Of a stretch of 64,000 nucleotides of DNA, positions 12,430 through 24,687 are shown one piece after another. Source of the stretch: Leucoraja erinacea. Its lineage: Eukaryota. The stretch lies in NCBI RefSeq assembly GCF_028641065.1, contig NC_073403.1:13640001-13704000 (forward strand), read 5' to 3'. The translations under genes and the position numbers were made by a program. Position 1 is the first letter of the stretch, and each line of letters starts with the position of its first letter. The notes below the pieces were generated by a model. The model ran no database searches and was not told the DNA's origin. It was given only the letters and a program-made list of their open reading frames with translations.

Positions 12430-12950
12430 AACCGGTGCAGCCGCTCCTCGGCGGTGGGTGACGTTGCGATGACGCCTGCCGGATGTGACAAAACCGCGCG
12501 TATAGTGTTGGGAGGCGGGGCCTGGAGACGGAGCTTCGCGGATCGCGCGTCAGGTAAGCGGCCGCCTCAGCGCACGGTGCGGCCCAGCCCAGCCTAGAGT
12601 AGAGTAGTTCAGGCCCCGCTCACCCTCCCTCCTTCCCGGTCACACGGCCCTCACTCGCCCTCCTGCCCGCCCGGCCGCCCGGCCCAGAGCGGGCCCCGCT
12701 CACACACTCCTGCCCGCCCTGTCACAGAGCCCTGCACGTCTCACTCCAGCCCGGCGGAGCCAGTCACCCCCCTTGTGGAGCGGGCCAAGGGGCGATCCCT
12801 CCCATGAGGGGAGCTCTCTCCCCGCGGTCTAACTGTGCCGCCACCCCACTCTCTCTCCGCCTCCCCCCGGTCGAGGCAGCGGGTTTCCTTCCCGCTCCCG
12901 CGCTCTCCTTCCCCATAGTTCCTTCATTCTGGTCTTCGGCCCCCTCACAA
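12430..12950 (+). promoter_or_regulatory. CCDC47: CpG-island promoter and non-coding exon 1 of CCDC47 (donor after 12553)
   Basis: CpG-dense; two TGACG half-sites (~12460, ~12470), ETS-like CCGGATGT (~12479), GC box GGAGGCGGGGC (~12511), strong donor CAG|GTAAGC. The ATG exon at 21251 begins with an acceptor, so an upstream exon is required. Confidence 0.75.
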
Positions 12951-13734
12951 GTGCACTGTAGACGTGACTTTCATTGAAATCTTGCCGTTCATGTCCTATT
13001 CAACACACAACAGGCCAGTTGCTTTTCCCAGTTTGGGCAAACGTGGTGTAATATTACCCTCTCATGCAGCGTGTTTTGCGAATCTCTCAATTTTGCACGA
13101 ACCCACTCAAACTTGCATGTAAGGCAGAGCGTCATGGTTTCTATCATGCTTAGCGTTCAGCTTTCCAATTTTGACCTCTTAATTTCCTTGTATAGAATTG
13201 AATGAATTAGTGACTTCCATCACTGCTGAACATGGCGAGCGATTTTTGATTGCTTAATGTGTTTCCGGTTCACCATGCGAAAAAAATGATCATACAGTTG
13301 AAGGGACCACATTCTTTCAATGTTTTACATTTTTTTTAAATCGGCACTCGTCCACCCTTAGGCAAGTGGTATCTACCTAAGATACGGCCTTGCAATACCA
13401 CCTTGAGGTGTGAGCAGTTTTTGGTGCCACGGGTACTGGGCATGGGGACTACAGATTTATCAAGATGTTGGTTGTAATTCAAAGGTGAATTCACACAAAA
13501 GGAAGATTGTAGTCCGTGCATAATAGTTTGAACTGAAGGGGCAGATTGAAACGCTTTCAATTTGATGAATTTTGGTGAATTTTTACTGAGTAAAAATTAG
13601 AGCTAGAGCTTTGACAGGGAAGTTCAGAAACAAACATACAAAATGTGATACAATCAGGAAACCTCTGTTACCAATAACGTGATGTAATATCAATTGTACA
13701 TCAGAATTCTGAATAACATATTGTGAGAAAACAT

Positions 13735-15380
13735 ATGTAGATGATGTCTACTTGAATGCTAGTAATATATTTGGTAAAGTTGTCCATGATCGGCCTATCC
13801 AGAAGATTAGGATGCATGGGATTTACAGCGACTTGGTCATGTGGATTCAGAACTGGCTTACTCGTAGAAGATGGCATTGTGGTGGAAGGGCATTATTCTG
13901 TCTGGAGATCTGTGGCCAGTGGAGTTTTGCCGGAATCTGTGCTGGGATTTCTGTTTGTAATTATATATAAATGATGTGAACATAAATTTAGATTGGTTGG
14001 TTAGTATGTTTGCAGACAGCATCAAGATTGCAGGAGTCGAGGACAAATTCAAAGTATTCAAAGGTTTTTATTAGTCACATTCACATACACCGAGGTGTAA
14101 TGAAGTGAAATGCTTTTTGCAGCACACAAAAGAATACAGACATAACACCAATGAGAGTCTTAAACACAAAGAACATCCCCCCACAATGGCTCCCACCATG
14201 AGGGAAGGCACAAAGTCCAGTCCCCAACCCCAGTTCACCCATAGTCAGGCCTATTGAGGCCTCCACAGTTGCCTCTACGGAGGCCCGATGTTCCTGGCCG
14301 TTCTCGCCGGGTGGTGGTGCTCCGGCGTCGGGAGAGTCCTCACAGCGGCATGGGAACCCTGGAATGGCCGCCTCCGTACTGGAACCCTGGAATGGCCGCC
14401 TCCGTACTGGAGGCCGCGGCTTCCGAAGCCGGATGGAGCTCCACACGTCGCGAGATCCCAGGCTCCTGGTGTAAAGTTCAGCGCAGCTGGCCGCTCCACA
14501 GTCCCGCAGCTCCGTGATGTTGTTCCCGGCGGTCTCAGCTCACCGGAGCTCCAGCGCGGCGACCCAGGCAAGGCATCGCACGCTCCGCGATAGCGCTCCA
14601 GCGCTGTGCCGCCGCCGAAGCCGAGGTTCTGGCGGTCCGCGAGAGGAAACGCCGCTTCATGCCCGCTGGTAGGCCGCGAGGACGGGTCGAAGACAGTTAG
14701 GAAGACTGACAGTATAGCGCGAGTTAAAGATCAGCTACCGAAATAGGCTAGGAAATTATATGGATTGTAATCTGTATAAGTGTGAGACATTGCAAAGGTT
14801 GAATATAAGGCAAGAACCGTAACAGCATTGAGGTACAGAGGGATCATAGGTCTGGGTTCACAGCTCCCTGAATGTGGCAACACAAGTACAAGTACGAGTG
14901 GGAAAGAAGGCGCTTAGTACGTTTGCCTTCATTGGTCAGAGCATTGAGTATAATTCAGGAAGTCACTATGCAGCTCTATGAGTGGTTAAACTGCATCAGG
15001 AGTATTGCATATAGTTGTCGCCCCATTACAGAAAGGAAATGGACACTTTGGGGAGGGTGCAGAGGAGCTTTCTCAGAATGCTGCCTGGAATTGGGGGGCA
15101 TTGGCTACAAGAAGAGGCTGGACAAACTTGGATTGTTTTCTTTGGAGTAGTGGAGATTAAGGGGAGCCCTGATAAACGTATATAAAGTTATGGCAAGATC
15201 TGATAGAGAAGACAGACAGAACCGTTCTTCCGGGGTGAAAATGTCAAAGAGATAGCTTCAAGGTGACGGGCAAACTCGTGCAGAGCAGGGGTTTTTACAC
15301 CCGGGTGTTTGGTGCCTGGAACATACTGCCAGAGGTGGTGGTTGAGCAGATACTATAGGGACATTGAAGAGGCTTTACTG
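13735..15380 (+). mobile_element. Degenerate CR1 LINE interrupted by an insertion at 14046-14685
   Basis: WIQNWL, WRSVASGV and YKKRLDKLGLFSLE remnants; the CR1 sequence resumes after the insertion. Confidence 0.8.
14046..14685 (-). mobile_element. GC-rich non-autonomous retroelement insertion
   Basis: Minus-strand AATAAA plus TTTGAA-type tail at the left end; flanked by GTCGAGGACA (14036-14045) and GTCGAAGACA (14686-14695); internal 28-bp duplication ggaaccctggaatggccgcctccgtact. Confidence 0.65.
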
Positions 15381-16473
15381 CAGGGATACTCTGCAATTTA
15401 TTCTGATTACAACTGATTGTGCTCAGCTCTGTTTTTGTCTTGCTACAGTAACCATTTATTCTCTTACATCTTGCATCTATCCACTTCTGCCTTAAAAATA
15501 TTCATAGGCTCTAGTTCCATTTTCCTTGAAGACAGTTCGAAGGATATAGGACCCATTTGAAGAAATTTAACTTTCACTATCTTAAATGGGTAATTCCAAC
15601 ATTTAAAATAGCAATATCCACCTAGATTATCACAGGAGATAAAAATGCCCTCTTTACATCGATCCTGTCGCAATCCCTCAGGAGCTTGTTGCCTCTTACT
15701 CTTTCAAAATCTAGGGTCTACCAGGCTTTTCAGTCTAAGCTTTCTGATACCATTACAGCTTGGACTATTTTCACTGAACTGTTTCCAATGCATTTCTATC
15801 CTTACATTATTGGGGGCACGCAGTATAAGGACTCCAGAAGTGGTCTCACCACTGCTATATGTAATTGAAGCATAACATCGTCACTTTGTATTTGTGATTA
15901 GCTTTCCTAATTACCCACTGTACCTGCAACATCTACCTTTAACAGACCAAGAAATAAGGCGCACAGTTCTATTTGCATCTCAGCTCTGCATCTCCAATTG
16001 CTCAGATAATCTTAATTTTCCTGGTAAATGGGCAGCTTCACATTTTCCTGTTCACCAGTTCTTTTGCTCACCCACCTTTGAAGTCCACCTTTATCTACAA
16101 ACTTAACAAGCATACCACTGATACCTTCATTCAAGTTTGGTATATCAATTGTAAAAGATTGAAGCCCCAAACTGATCTCTCTGGCACACAGTGTTGCATC
16201 TCGACAACCAGAAAAAGATGGTCTACCCTTTCCTGTTAGCTATTCAACTCCACCAGCCACAGCATGAGATTTATTTTTTTGCAAAAGATGATTTTGATGT
16301 AACACTTTATCTAATGTCTCTGTAAACCTAGGTTTAGTGCTTGTTCCTCTTCATCCACAGTGCATATTCTTTTTTCAAAGGACTCCAATAGGTTGATCAA
16401 ATTTGATTTCCCTTTCAAAAAACACATTGGCTTGGCTTACCTTGAGTTGTTATAACATTTTCCCAGTGATTTA

Positions 16474-18113
16474 CAGTGCCCTCCATAATGTTTGGGACAA
16501 AGACCCATCATTTATTTATTTGCCTCTGCGCTCCACAATTTGGGGTTTGTAATAGAAATAAAATCACGTGGCACGTTGTCAGATTTTAATAAAGGCCATT
16601 TTTATACATTTTGCTTTCACCATGTACAAATTACAGCAGTGTTTATACGTAGTCCCCCCATTTCAGGGCGCCATAATGTTCTGGACACAGCAATGTCATG
16701 TAAATGAAAGTAGTCATATTTAGTATTTTGTTGCATATCCTTTGCATGCAATGACTGCTTGAAGTCTGCGATTCATGGACATCACCAGTTGCTGGGTGTC
16801 TTCTCTGGTGATGCTCTGCCAGGCCTGTATTGCAGCCATCTTTAGCATGCATTTTTGGGGGGCGAGCTAGCCCCCTTCAGTTTTCTCTTCAGCATATAAA
16901 AGGCATGCTCATTTGGGTTCAGATCAGGTGATTGACTTGGCCACTCAAGAATTGATCATTTTTTAGCTTTGAAAAACTCCTTTGTTGCTTTAGCAGAATG
17001 TTTGGGATCATTGTCTTGCTGTAGAATGAACTGCCAGCCAATGAATTTTGAAGCATTTGTTTGAACTTGAGCAGATAGGATGTGTCTATACACTTCAGAA
17101 TTCATTATGCTACTACCATCAGCAGTTGTATCATCAATGAAGATAAGTGAGCCAGTACCTTCAGCAGCCAGACATGCCCAGGCCATAACACCCCCAGCAC
17201 CGTGTTTCACAGATGAGGTGGTATGTTTTGGATCTTGGGCAGTTCCTTCTCTCCTCCACACTTTGCTCTTGCCATCACTCTGATATAAGTTAATCGTCAT
17301 CTTATCTGTCCACAAGACCTTTTTCCAGAACTGTGGCTGCTCTTTTAAGTACTTCTTCGCAAACTGTAACCCGGCCATCCTATTTTGCGGCTAACCAGTG
17401 GTTTGCATCTTGCAGTGTAACCTCTGTATTTCTGTTCATTGACGGTCAGTGGTCATTGACAAATCCACACCCGACTCCTGAAGAGTGTTTCTGATCTGTC
17501 GGACAGGTGTTTAGGGGTTTTTCTTTATTATAGAAATAATTCTTCTCTCATCAGCTGTGGAGGTCTTCCTTGGCCTGCCAGTCCCTTTGCGATTAGTAAG
17601 CTCACCAATGCTCTCTTTCTTCTTAATGATGTTCCAAACAGTTGATTTTGGTAAGCCTAAGGTTTGGCTGATGTCTCTAACACTTTTATTCTTGTTTCTC
17701 AGTCTCATAATGGCTTATTTGACTTTTGTTGGCACAACTTTGGTCCTCATGTTGATAAACAGCAATAAAAGTTTCCAAAGGCGATAGAAAGACTGGAGGA
17801 AAGACTAGGTGCTGAGAGTTCTCTTATACCTTCATTAAGCAGGCATTTAAACACACCTGATCAATTACAAACGCCTGTGAAGCCATGTGTCTCAAAAATT
17901 ATGGTGCCCTGAAATGATTGGACTATGTATAAACACAGCTTTACAATTTCTACATTGTGAAACCAAAATGTGTGAAAAACCGCTTTAATAAAATCTGACA
18001 ATGTGCACTTATAACCACGTGATTTTTTTTTCTATTACAAATCTCAAATTGTGGAGTACAGAGGTTAATAAGTAAATGATGGGTCTTTGTCCCAAACATT
18101 ATGGAGAGCACCG
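16474..18113 (-). mobile_element. Near full-length Tc1/mariner DNA transposon (IR/DR type, DD34E), inactivated
   Basis: TA TSD at 16472-3 and 18114-5; ~210-bp TIRs starting CAGTGCCCTCCATAATGTTTGGGACAAAGACCCATC with inner direct repeats; transposase motifs VLWTD, GGVMAWAC, QQDNDPKH, WPSQSPDLNPNE. Confidence 0.96.
16720..17750 (-). pseudogene. Tc1 transposase pseudogene
   Basis: MRTKVVPTKVK*AIMRLRNKNKSVRDISQTLGLPKSTV...GYATKY*; several in-frame stops and at least one frameshift; 34 residues between second D and E. Confidence 0.9.
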
Positions 18114-20179
18114 TATGTTTAGCTATCTGATCTGTAATTTCCTGCAGATCTATGCATTTAAATGCAACAGAACCGTTTCTGAATCTGATAAATTTTGGAA
18201 GATTAAAGGCGAGGTCAGGTGCCACATTGCCTGGTGTCCTCAAATATTTGATGGATCTATTATTTTGGGAAGAGGTGCTGTTTGCCAATTTTATCCACTA
18301 ATATAGGTATGATTCATAAACCTTACCTTGTGGTACTAATTTATAAACAATGGTGAATAAAAGATTTTGCAGTGCAAAATCATTTGTGTCATGTTTTCTC
18401 AGCATGAGAAACCATGTCCAATCCAGTTTCCCAGCTCTTTTAATCCCACATTGTCTTTTCCCACTCTCCATATCTTTTATCAGTCCTGCAAATCCACTTG
18501 CCTCTCCTCCCTCTCCATCTAATTAATACTTGTCTTATCTTGAAATCTCATAATCCTGATGAGAGAATTTGCAGTGTTGGCATTCTTTGGATTATTCTAT
18601 TCAGGGTGACTTTGGGTACTCAGCTGTGGAGCATTTTCAAGACTGGTCAAAATATTTTGGGATAGATATCAAAGGATTTGGATTTACAGGTGTGGGGGGT
18701 GGGGGGGGGGTGGAGGAGAGGAGAGTGAGAGAAAATAAATAAGAGACCAGCTGTGATTTAAATAAATTATTTGTGAGTATGATGTTTGTTTCCACATTCA
18801 GGCCAGCTGATTTGTAATTCAGCATGTAGCAAAGTTTATTTTAGTGCCCTGTTGAATGCTGTGAGGAGAATCCAAATTAAGTCCGTGACTTTTTAAAGTG
18901 CTTGGATGATACTCTTATTGAACCCAAATTTATCCAAACATAACCTGCTGCATCACCTAACAGTACTTGTCTGTTCTACAGGATTCTGTCATGTGTTAAG
19001 TTCGATAACTGACATCTAAATTTTGTGTTATGCATTTAAGTGGTGCATTTTTAACGAAGTTATGAAAACTCCTTTAGCTGATATTATAGTGAAAGAAAAT
19101 GAGACGTGCTAGTATTGGAGCTGAGTCAAGAGCTTTTGTTTTCCCGTGTTCTGTTACGTAGGAAGAAAGAGATGCTGATGGGCCCTGATATAAGGGAACA
19201 AGTAGTTTAGTCGGTCTTCCACAACAAAACTTGAGGTCTTGTGGACTAATCTGTCTTCCAATTGTAGACTGGTGTTAACTGAGAAGCCAAGATAAAGCTG
19301 AAATTGCCAAGGAAGTGTGGATGTTCTCATTGACCCTCTTTCGTGTCTTATCAATCTATTTGTATCGCTCATCCTTGTTATTGAATCATTGCTTGTAGCA
19401 TTTTGTTACACATGCACATTCAAAATGGCATGCTGATTATATTGTACATTAGGTTAAATATTGTGTCCCACGGAGTTTTCGAATATGCCCTGTACTTTCA
19501 TCGTCTTTGTTTTCTGGCAATTGGAGTGGTGGTGGGGGTGGAATAGAATAGAATAGAGTATGTTTATTGTCATTGCACAAAACTGAGCAATGAAATTCCA
19601 TTTGCTTCTCCTCCGTTAAAAGAAATACAACACGACACCAATGCACATATGTACAGCTAATAGTAGAATATAAATACATTTTTAAAAGAGATTAAAAGAA
19701 TTTAGCGGTATTCCTCGAAGTTACTTCTTGCTTCCCAGGGTGGGGGAGACATTCAGTTACTCATGCTCCTTGTAATGTCCCATGGATATTGAAGATCTGG
19801 TTCTGAGGTGGCTGATGAGGCCAGTGTGGAACCCAGAAAGGGCCACAATCTGTCTTCTGCCATTTATGTTGTGCTCCTGTGTACTACTGATGTATGGACA
19901 TATGGTTCTCAATGCCAATCAGATACTACTTCTCCACTTTAAGCAGTCATAGTCCAGGGATTCCAGAAGTCAGTACGACATTGCTCTTGTTTAAGGGGGT
20001 GTTGATTTTGATGTCTTGATTATCAAATAAACTTTTCATCAGATGATCAAAGTCTGCTGACTTACTGAAAGTGAAGTAGAATTTCATCAGTGTATGCCTT
20101 CGCCAAGAAGGCAAGCTATGCGGGGACAGTCATGCTTTACAGGGTCTTTCCAGCGGCCTTTAGGTTGGAAGGCAGTAGA

Positions 20180-20830
20180 GGCAGAGTTTTTGAATGTTTT
20201 AAGGCAGAGGTAAAAAGATATTTGTTGAGCAAAGAGGTAACCAGGAATATGGAGTAGTTGTTGGATCCTATCAGCCATGATCTAATTAACTAAAGGAACA
20301 GGTTTGAGGGCTTCAAATGGCTTACTCTTACTCATAATTCTCTGCTTGTAAGTTAACCAGCAAGAATAAAAAACAAAAACAAACTAAGGACATCAACAAG
20401 AATACACAGTTGAACAGCACAGAAACCAGCCTTTCAGCCCACCTCTTCCGTGTCACCTCTTTTGCGCATCTACATAATCCTGTTTAATTGTTTTAAACAT
20501 GTGATTGTATCTCATTCCATCACCTTTTCTGGCAGTGTGTTCCAGATACCAACCACTATCTCAAATCACCTTTAAAGCTGCTTCCTCTGCCCTTGAACTG
20601 GTGCCCTCTTGTTTTTGATACCTCTAGTGTGGGTAAGTGATCCTGACTATCTCTCCTATTAATGTCTCTTATAATTTTAGACATTTCAATCGGGTCATTC
20701 TTCAACCACCTTCATTCGAAGAAAATCTAGCCCAGCCTTTCAGTTCTTCTCAAACCTATATCCACTAGTCCAGTCAATATACTGTCTCCAGCAGTGGAGA
20801 ATCTCTCTGCACTTTCTCCAGTGCATGTAT
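20180..20830. mobile_element. Old CR1 LINE 3' fragments in both orientations
   Basis: tcagccatgatctaatt...ggcttactctt tail on +; cagcctttcagccc...cagtgtgttccagataccaaccact on -. Confidence 0.55.
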
Positions 20831-21261
20831 AAAATATACAAAGGAAGTGAATGGCACCGTTAATTGTTGGTAAAGTAATTGGTAATAAGTAAATGACAGA
20901 GATATTAAGGGATAGCACCTGAACATTAGAGACAGCCTGTTAATGAGGGATGTCACGATGCCTTTCACTTATGGAACAGTGGAAACTTAGAATTTGCTTT
21001 CCTAAAGTGATGTTTGGACAAGAACATTTTGAAAATGTGGTTGGTGTGATTTTGTTAAGCAGGGGTGTTAAGGGTTACTGAACTAAGTAAGGCCTGTAAA
21101 TGGATTTACATTATAGATCTGTCAAAGTCTAATTGAATGATAAAATAGATTTAATGGTCTGAGTAACTTCCTTTTCCCGACGAAGATGAAGCAGATCAGA
21201 GGAGTCAGTGCTTTTATACACATTCTGTCTGTTCTAACCATCTATTTCAGGCTGAAGCACC

Positions 21262-21510
21262 ATGCGGCTCTACCTTCTGTTTCTCCTCCTCGTGCAGGGC
21301 TGTGGCCTTGTTGTTGGCAAGTTCGATGACTTTGATGACACGGATGACATTGTAGAGTACGACGACAATGACTTTGCAGAGTTCGAAGACGCAAACGAAG
21401 ATGCCGCCGAGGAGGTCCTGCAGAAAGTCACTACTGTACAAGATGACGAGGAAGAGGCAACTGTGGAGCTGGAGGATCAGGAGGATTTTGAGGACCCAGA
21501 CACAGTAGGA
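21262..21510 (+). CDS. CCDC47: CCDC47 (PAT complex subunit, calumin) coding exon 1 (exon starts 21251)
   Basis: [43 protein letters not shown]: signal peptide plus acidic N-terminus matching CCDC47; Kozak gcaccATG; donor GTAAGT at 21511. Confidence 0.95.
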
Positions 21511-22264
21511 GTAAGTGTGCTACCACACAGCAACCAATTAATAGCTGTGTCTCCAGCAGTGGAGACTTCTGTTATTGGAGGAGGGTTGGGAGCAGTACTG
21601 TAGAATGCAGCCCAGCATCTGGATTTTATGCCTATAAAGACACCCACTATAGTTTTATCCACATAACAAGCTCCTTGATCTAATCCCAACTGTCCCTATA
21701 ATCTTAATGTTCTAGCAGTTATCTGTTTCCTTTTTGTGAACACTTTCAGTGATGGCTTGTGACAGAGAATTATACATGCTCACTAAAATTCCATCTAACC
21801 TTTTACTTTTGATTATTTTAAACAAATATCCTATTGCTGATACTTAAACGATCTGTCACGTTTCACCTTGTAATTGTGAACCTCTTCAGCATCCAAACCC
21901 TATTTTAAATGAATCCATCCTCCACCTAAAATAGTCCAAGTAACATGACCATTTCCTTACTGCTGCTCAGCTCAATACAAAAGAGGGTCTGAGTGGACCT
22001 TCTATTTCAGGTTCCAATGCTAGGGTGTTACTTCACTATCACACAAATTCCATTCCTTCCAGTCTCTCTGAGGTATTTAATTGTCTGGCCAGGTTATAGC
22101 CTTTTTTCGTTAATTGCCTGATCTCTATTTTAATATTTAAACTCCGATTGGTTTTGATTGGTGTTATTCTCTGCATTTTCGTATTGAGTTTTCACTTGGA
22201 CAATTTTTCCACCGATTGCTGACCAATATCATTTTAATACAATGTTGTCCTGTTTGAACTCTTG

Positions 22265-23843
22265 CAAGGCTCGAAATTAACAGTTGCCAGGTTGCCAATG
22301 GCCACCTAAAGTCCCGCTGGGCAGCCTAAAAGCCATGTCATTTTCCCCTGCTTGGCACCACAGATACTGGTTTATACCGAAGATAGACACAAAAAACTGG
22401 TGTAACTCAGCGGGTCAGGCAGCATCTCTGGAGAAAAGGAATAAGTGACGTTTCGGGTCGGCAGCGGCAATGGCTAATGCGGGGTGACGGAGGGTCGGAG
22501 CGAATGATGGGCCCCGCAGTGCGGCGGCAGCGGCTCCACCCATCCATCCTGTAGTGATCACCCCATTCATCTTTTACTGATCCCACCATTCATCCTGTAC
22601 TGATCATCCCCATCCATCCTGCACTGATCTCCCCCATCTATCCTGCACTGATCCCCCCCCCCCCCCCCCCCCATCTATCCTGCACTGATCCCCCCCCCCC
22701 CATCCTGCACTGATCCCCTCTATCCTGCACTGATCCCCCCCCCCCCATCCATCCTGTACTGATCCTCCATCCATCCTGTACTGAACCCCCCATTCATCCT
22801 GTGCTGACCCCCCCCCCCCCCCATCCATCCCGTACTGACCCCCCCCCCCCCCCCCCCCCCCATCCATATATTATGGAGTAACAGTACTGTAGTTATTTAA
22901 TGAGCAACATTCGCAACTATGGATTTATCCAGGTTTTACTTCTACAGTCGGTCATATACATCACGAATTTGGTCAGGAGATAATTCAGTTGAAATTTTAA
23001 CATTAATTCTGAAGTGGGAATGATGGAAACAGCATTTATCAATAATTTTTTTTAAATCTGGTGCGTACAAACTGGGTATCTTCATTGCTGTTCACAACAC
23101 ATACATCTAATCTGAATGTCCGGTAATGTGGCGTCTTGACACCTTTAAACATATTGCCAAAAGAACATTTGCTGCATTTATGTCCTTTGGCCACCTATTA
23201 TCAGTTAGTGTAATGTTTAACCTGTCAGATGGGTATAGTCGTTTTAACAGCTATTATCTTAAAATGCGTTTAGAAATTTCCTTGCAACCTGCATATTTTG
23301 TTGTGGATAAATTATGTGGGAAGCAAGAGTGTTTCTGTACCAATAGCAATAACGACCCATGCTGTGGCCTTGTCATGATAATTTTCGGTCCTTCACAGAA
23401 AACATGCTTGCATCAATCTGTAGTGCGCATGGTTAAGCATATATGTCACAATGGTCCAGGATTTATTGACACAGGTTGATCATACGCTGAATAATCCAAC
23501 ATTTTTGTTTGGAAGTGGAAAGAAATAATATAAATTGCATTCATTGCAACATGTAAAAAGAGTTGAGATACTGTACTATAATTTTGCTGCATGCCATTGT
23601 GGTATATATCATGTCTTGATTGGTGAATATGTTTAGTTTGTGACTATTTGAAGCAGAAATAAAATGTGAATGCTTCATTGAGCATAATTCCGACTGGTAA
23701 CTACGCACTTCGTCCGTGCACATTATCGCACGGGTCATGCAAGCCGTCTTAAATGACCACCTAAACTGTCATTTGTCAACCTAAAAAGCTGCCGATGTTG
23801 CCAAGCTGGCAACAGGGGGGAAAAAAGTTAAGTGAGAGCCCTG
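22265..23843. mobile_element. Non-autonomous DNA transposon, hAT-like termini, 5-bp TSD
   Basis: Left CAAGGCTCGAAATTAAC versus right reverse complement CAGGGCTCTCACTTAAC; TCTTG duplicated at 22260-22264 and 23844-23848; subterminal ccacctaaa and gttgcca motifs at both ends. Confidence 0.75.
22540..22867. repeat. C-rich minisatellite (ccccatccatcctg(c/t)actgat with variable poly-C)
   Basis: About a dozen copies of catcc(a)tcctg(c/t)actga separated by C runs, inside the 22265-23843 element. Confidence 0.9.
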
Positions 23844-23934
23844 TCTTGACCTTTCTACCTCATTATTGCACGAATCCATACACCTGTGTGTGTTTTCTCT
23901 TTCAAGCTAATCATAAATTATTCATTCATTCCAA

Positions 23935-24233
23935 TAGTTTAGTTTAGAGTTACTGCGCAGAAACTGGCCCTTCGACCCACCGAGTCCGCACCGACCAACG
24001 ATCCCCACGCTACGCACACACTAGGGACAATTTTACATTAACACCAAGCCAATTAACGTACAAACCTGTACGTCATTGGTGTATGGGAGGAAACAGAAGA
24101 TCTTGGAGATAAACCACACAGGTCGCGGGGAGGTTGTTCAAATTCCGTACAGACAAGCACCCGTAGTCAGGACCAAACCCAGGTCTCTTACGCTGGAAGG
24201 CAGTAGCTCTACCACTATGCCACCGTGCTGCCC
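23935..24233 (-). mobile_element. tRNA-derived SINE (V-SINE/HE1-like)
   Basis: Minus strand begins ggcagcacggtggcatagtggtagagc (A box) and cctgggtttggtcctg (degenerate B box); CR1-like 3' end gggtcgaagggcc with (ctaaa)n tail. Confidence 0.85.
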
Positions 24234-24550
24234 CAACACCCCAGCCCCAGCATTTCATGCAGAAATCTTTTATCAAATCTGAGGAAAGGAATTTGAGTCC
24301 CCTTCAAACATGTTCCTCCATTCAGTTGGATCATAACTGATCTGAACATGATTTTTTTAATTCCACCTTTGCTTCAATGGGGAAAAAACTGCTTATTTCA
24401 GTTGTTAAATGATCAGGAGCGACAGCCCTTTGAAGATGAAATCACGAAAGTTGCTGCAAGTGTCTGAAGCACCTCTGATCGGTAGTGTAACTTATTGGTC
24501 AGTATTGTGTTCAGAAAGCTGTGCTTAGTATCTACCCTGTCAGATGGCTG

Positions 24551-24687
24551 CTGCTTCTTGCGTATGGCGTGCACAGCCTATAGTTGTAGGTCAACTTGTT
24601 TTATTTGATCTATTTGTTTGTGCACGTCGGGTTGATTGCATTAGTCGAAACAGGGTGGACCACGCAAAGGTTTCAATCGCCCAACCC
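24551..24687 (-). mobile_element. Short retroposon with 5' HDV/CPEB3-like ribozyme fold, copy 1
   Basis: TSD TGTCAGATGGCTG at 24538-24550 and 24688-24700 (extends to 17 bp with ACCC microhomology); 3' end gtgcacgccatacgcaagaag; homologous to 35537-35668. Confidence 0.8.
24634..24687 (-). ncRNA. Putative HDV-like self-cleaving ribozyme (degenerate copy)
   Basis: GGGTTGG GC GATTGAA ACC TTTGCGT GGT CCACCCT GT TTCGA CTAA TGCAATC = P1,P2,P3,L3,P3',P1',GU,mini-P4,J4/2,P2'; one mismatch each in P1 and P2. Confidence 0.65.
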
